Origin: Synechococcales cyanobacterium VAR_4_metabat_354
GTDB taxonomy: Bacteria; Cyanobacteriota; Cyanobacteriia; Cyanobacteriales; Chamaesiphonaceae
Reading direction: 5' to 3'
NCBI GenBank assembly: GCA_031414775.1
Contig: JANOQI010000054.1
Coordinates: 32,001 to 96,000, forward strand
Length of the DNA stretch: 64,000 bases
Under the pieces are notes generated by a model that was given only the letters and a program-made list of their open reading frames with translations, had not been told where the DNA came from and ran no database searches. Made by a program: the position numbers and the translations under genes. This document shows, one piece after another, positions 62,111-64,000 of the stretch (positions within the stretch are counted from its first letter, which is position 1; each line of letters opens with the position of its first letter).

Positions 62111-63307
62111 TCAGCTGGATATTTCAAATAATGCTGAGAGTACAACATTAGAGTACAGAAAACCATCCGGGTCTCTAAGGCGCAGGCTTCCCTGTACTGG
62201 TATATCGCCTGTTGGGCGATCAAAAATGACCCAATCTGGGGAATAACGTTGAATTTTCGACCAAGCTGCTTGCCATAACTCCAGTCCAAATTCGGCAATT
62301 AATGGCTGAATTTCTAAACCACTAGCTAACCGCAGACCAAGCATCAGGGTATCTAGAAAACGCTCAGTTTGGTCCAGTAATTCGGGTTTATAACTACAGC
62401 CAGCGGCTACCCATTGAAAATAATCTTGGGTGTAACGAGGGCGGGTGAAGCGAGTATCTTCCAGATAGCTAGCAGCGCCCATCCCAAAGGCGTAGTAAGG
62501 CTGATTTTTCCAATAGACTTGGTTGTGACGACAGGCCAGTCCCGGTTGAGCATAGTTAGAAACTTCGTAATGCTCGTAGCCCGCTGTAGTTAAGACTTGC
62601 TGAGCAGTGCGATACATATCGGCAGTGATGGTATCACTAGGGAGGGGATACTCGCTGGGCTGATATTGTTTGGCAAAAGGGGTTTGGGCTTCCACAATCA
62701 GATCGTAAACAGAAATGTGGGTGGGGTAGGCAGCGATCGATCTCGCCAGTGACTCTAACCACATATTCATAGTCTGATCTGGCAAGCCAGAAATTAAGTC
62801 TAAGCTCCAGTTTTGGATAGAAGATTGATGGATGAGACCTATCGATCTTTCAATATCGGTAAGACCATGCGACCTACCACAGACTTGCAGCAGAGGATCT
62901 TGCCATGCTTGAACGCCCATACTAATCCGGTTTACGCCAGCGGCTAGGTAAGCTTGCAACTGTTCGAGAGTGAAGGTGCCGGGATCAATTTCCATCGAGA
63001 TTTCGGCCTGGGAAGAGATGCCGATCGATCGTGCTAATGTCTGGAGAATTTGGGCTAGCTGGGTGGGGGTGAGTAGTGATGGCGTACCGCCGCCGAAGAA
63101 TATGGTATCTAGAACCTGACCATAGTTATGGCTGGCAGTGATTTCTTGGCAGATGACTTCGACATAGGTTTGCACCATTTGAGAGTTCTCGCCACTACGT
63201 TTATCGCCTACTACATATACTGGAAAGTCGCAGTAGTAGCAGCGCCGCCGACAGAAGGGAATATGAAGATAAGCTGCGGAAACGCTAGAAGTTGTGGCCA
63301 AAATCAT
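62111..63307 (-). CDS. hemW: Radical SAM heme chaperone HemW
   Basis: YLHIPFC...CYYCDF, GGGTPS, YEVSNY and HNQVYW motifs. Confidence 0.92.
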   Translation of the reverse strand: MILATTSSVSAAYLHIPFCRRRCYYCDFPVYVVGDKRSGENSQMVQTYVEVICQEITASHNYGQVLDTIFFGGGTPSLLTPTQLAQILQTLARSIGISSQAEISMEIDPGTFTLEQLQAYLAAGVNRISMGVQAWQDPLLQVCGRSHGLTDIERSIGLIHQSSIQNWSLDLISGLPDQTMNMWLESLARSIAAYPTHISVYDLIVEAQTPFAKQYQPSEYPLPSDTITADMYRTAQQVLTTAGYEHYEVSNYAQPGLACRHNQVYWKNQPYYAFGMGAASYLEDTRFTRPRYTQDYFQWVAAGCSYKPELLDQTERFLDTLMLGLRLASGLEIQPLIAEFGLELWQAAWSKIQRYSPDWVIFDRPTGDIPVQGSLRLRDPDGFLYSNVVLSALFEISS

Positions 63308-63439
63308 TTACTTACTTAGCTGAGGAATATCTGTGGTGATAGCTTCAATCGATCTAACTCAAAACTTGCACATCTAATCCAGCTAGACTGGGCAAACTTT
63401 TTCACTCATTAATTCTGACTGACAAGGATGTAGCTAATA

Positions 63440-64000
63440 TTAATATTTTTTGATTACTTTGATATTAACTCCTGTTTGGGGTGCCAATGTCACCCCCCGG
63501 CGAGCTGGAGCGATCGGCAACTGGTCAGTGAGTTGTAATTCACAACTAGTCAAAACTTCGACTAAAGCCAGTTTAAGTTCTAACTGTGCCAAAGCTAACC
63601 CAATACAACGCCGCGCACCGCCACCAAAAGGAAAATATTCGTAAGGCGAGAATTGGCGCTCTAAAAAACGTTCCGGTTTAAATAAATCTGGTTCGGGGTA
63701 AAGGTCGGGACGATGATGAGTCAGATACATACAACCCATTACGACCGTACCTGCCGCCAAATCATACCCTTGGATCGAGACCGGTTCTTGAGCGATGCGG
63801 GCAAATGTCAGCATTGCTACTGGATGAATACGCAGCACTTCCGAACAAAATGCCCCCAGGTAAAGCAGTTTACTAATAGCCATCCCATCCCGATCGGCAC
63901 CCAAGGTAGCAATATCAGCTAAGAGTTTGGCGCGCACTTCTGGTAGGTAGGTCGCCCAATAAATACCCCAGGATAAAGCTGTCGCAGTGGTTTCATGGCC
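63440..64000 (-). CDS. Cytochrome P450 (C-terminal part; runs off the window)
   Basis: Frame is open to the window edge (GHETTATAL I-helix); EVLR, PERF and FGGGARRCIG heme-Cys motifs. Confidence 0.95.
   Translation of the reverse strand, partial: GHETTATALSWGIYWATYLPEVRAKLLADIATLGADRDGMAISKLLYLGAFCSEVLRIHPVAMLTFARIAQEPVSIQGYDLAAGTVVMGCMYLTHHRPDLYPEPDLFKPERFLERQFSPYEYFPFGGGARRCIGLALAQLELKLALVEVLTSCELQLTDQLPIAPARRGVTLAPQTGVNIKVIKKY

Noticed and set aside
1..64000. CRISPR arrays, tRNA/rRNA genes, intact transposases, known defence systems
   Set aside because: No regularly spaced repeats, cloverleaf or rRNA signatures, or diagnostic protein motifs were seen by eye.

Overview
Cyanobacterial chromosomal segment, judged by gene content and very dense CGATCG/HIP1-type palindromes. 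Most of it is housekeeping genes: type II NADH dehydrogenase, larE-like, cobO-like, coaBC, trpE, moeA, uvrB, crtE, dnaK, an rbp gene, recR, lipA, exbB/exbD-like, lysC, dapL, anmK, scpA, hemW and a partial P450. No rRNA, tRNA, CRISPR array or intact transposase was recognised. Four accessory patches stand out. (1) 45.3-47.9 kb: three paralogous ~160-aa signal-peptide proteins, almost uncharged and rich in Gly/Ser/Ala/Thr. They share a 13-nt leader motif, two have matching sigma70-type promoters, and one copy is bracketed by a direct repeat of the lipA 3' end. This is the best candidate for an undescribed extracellular polymer/surface-fibre system. (2) 23.7-27.3 kb: an alpha/beta-hydrolase + membrane-anchored MurF-like + Ddl-like cell-wall cassette. 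(3) 11.3-16.7 kb: an EamA remnant, a Bacteroidetes-like sdhCAB, and a CGATCG-free pair of a heme-oxygenase-like diiron enzyme and a DUF1838-like protein. (4) 3.4-6.9 kb: a possible HEARO/omegaRNA-like IS200/IS605 remnant, a dynamin-like C-terminal fragment and a tandem membrane-protein duplication. All calls rest on motif recognition by eye; no database searches were run.
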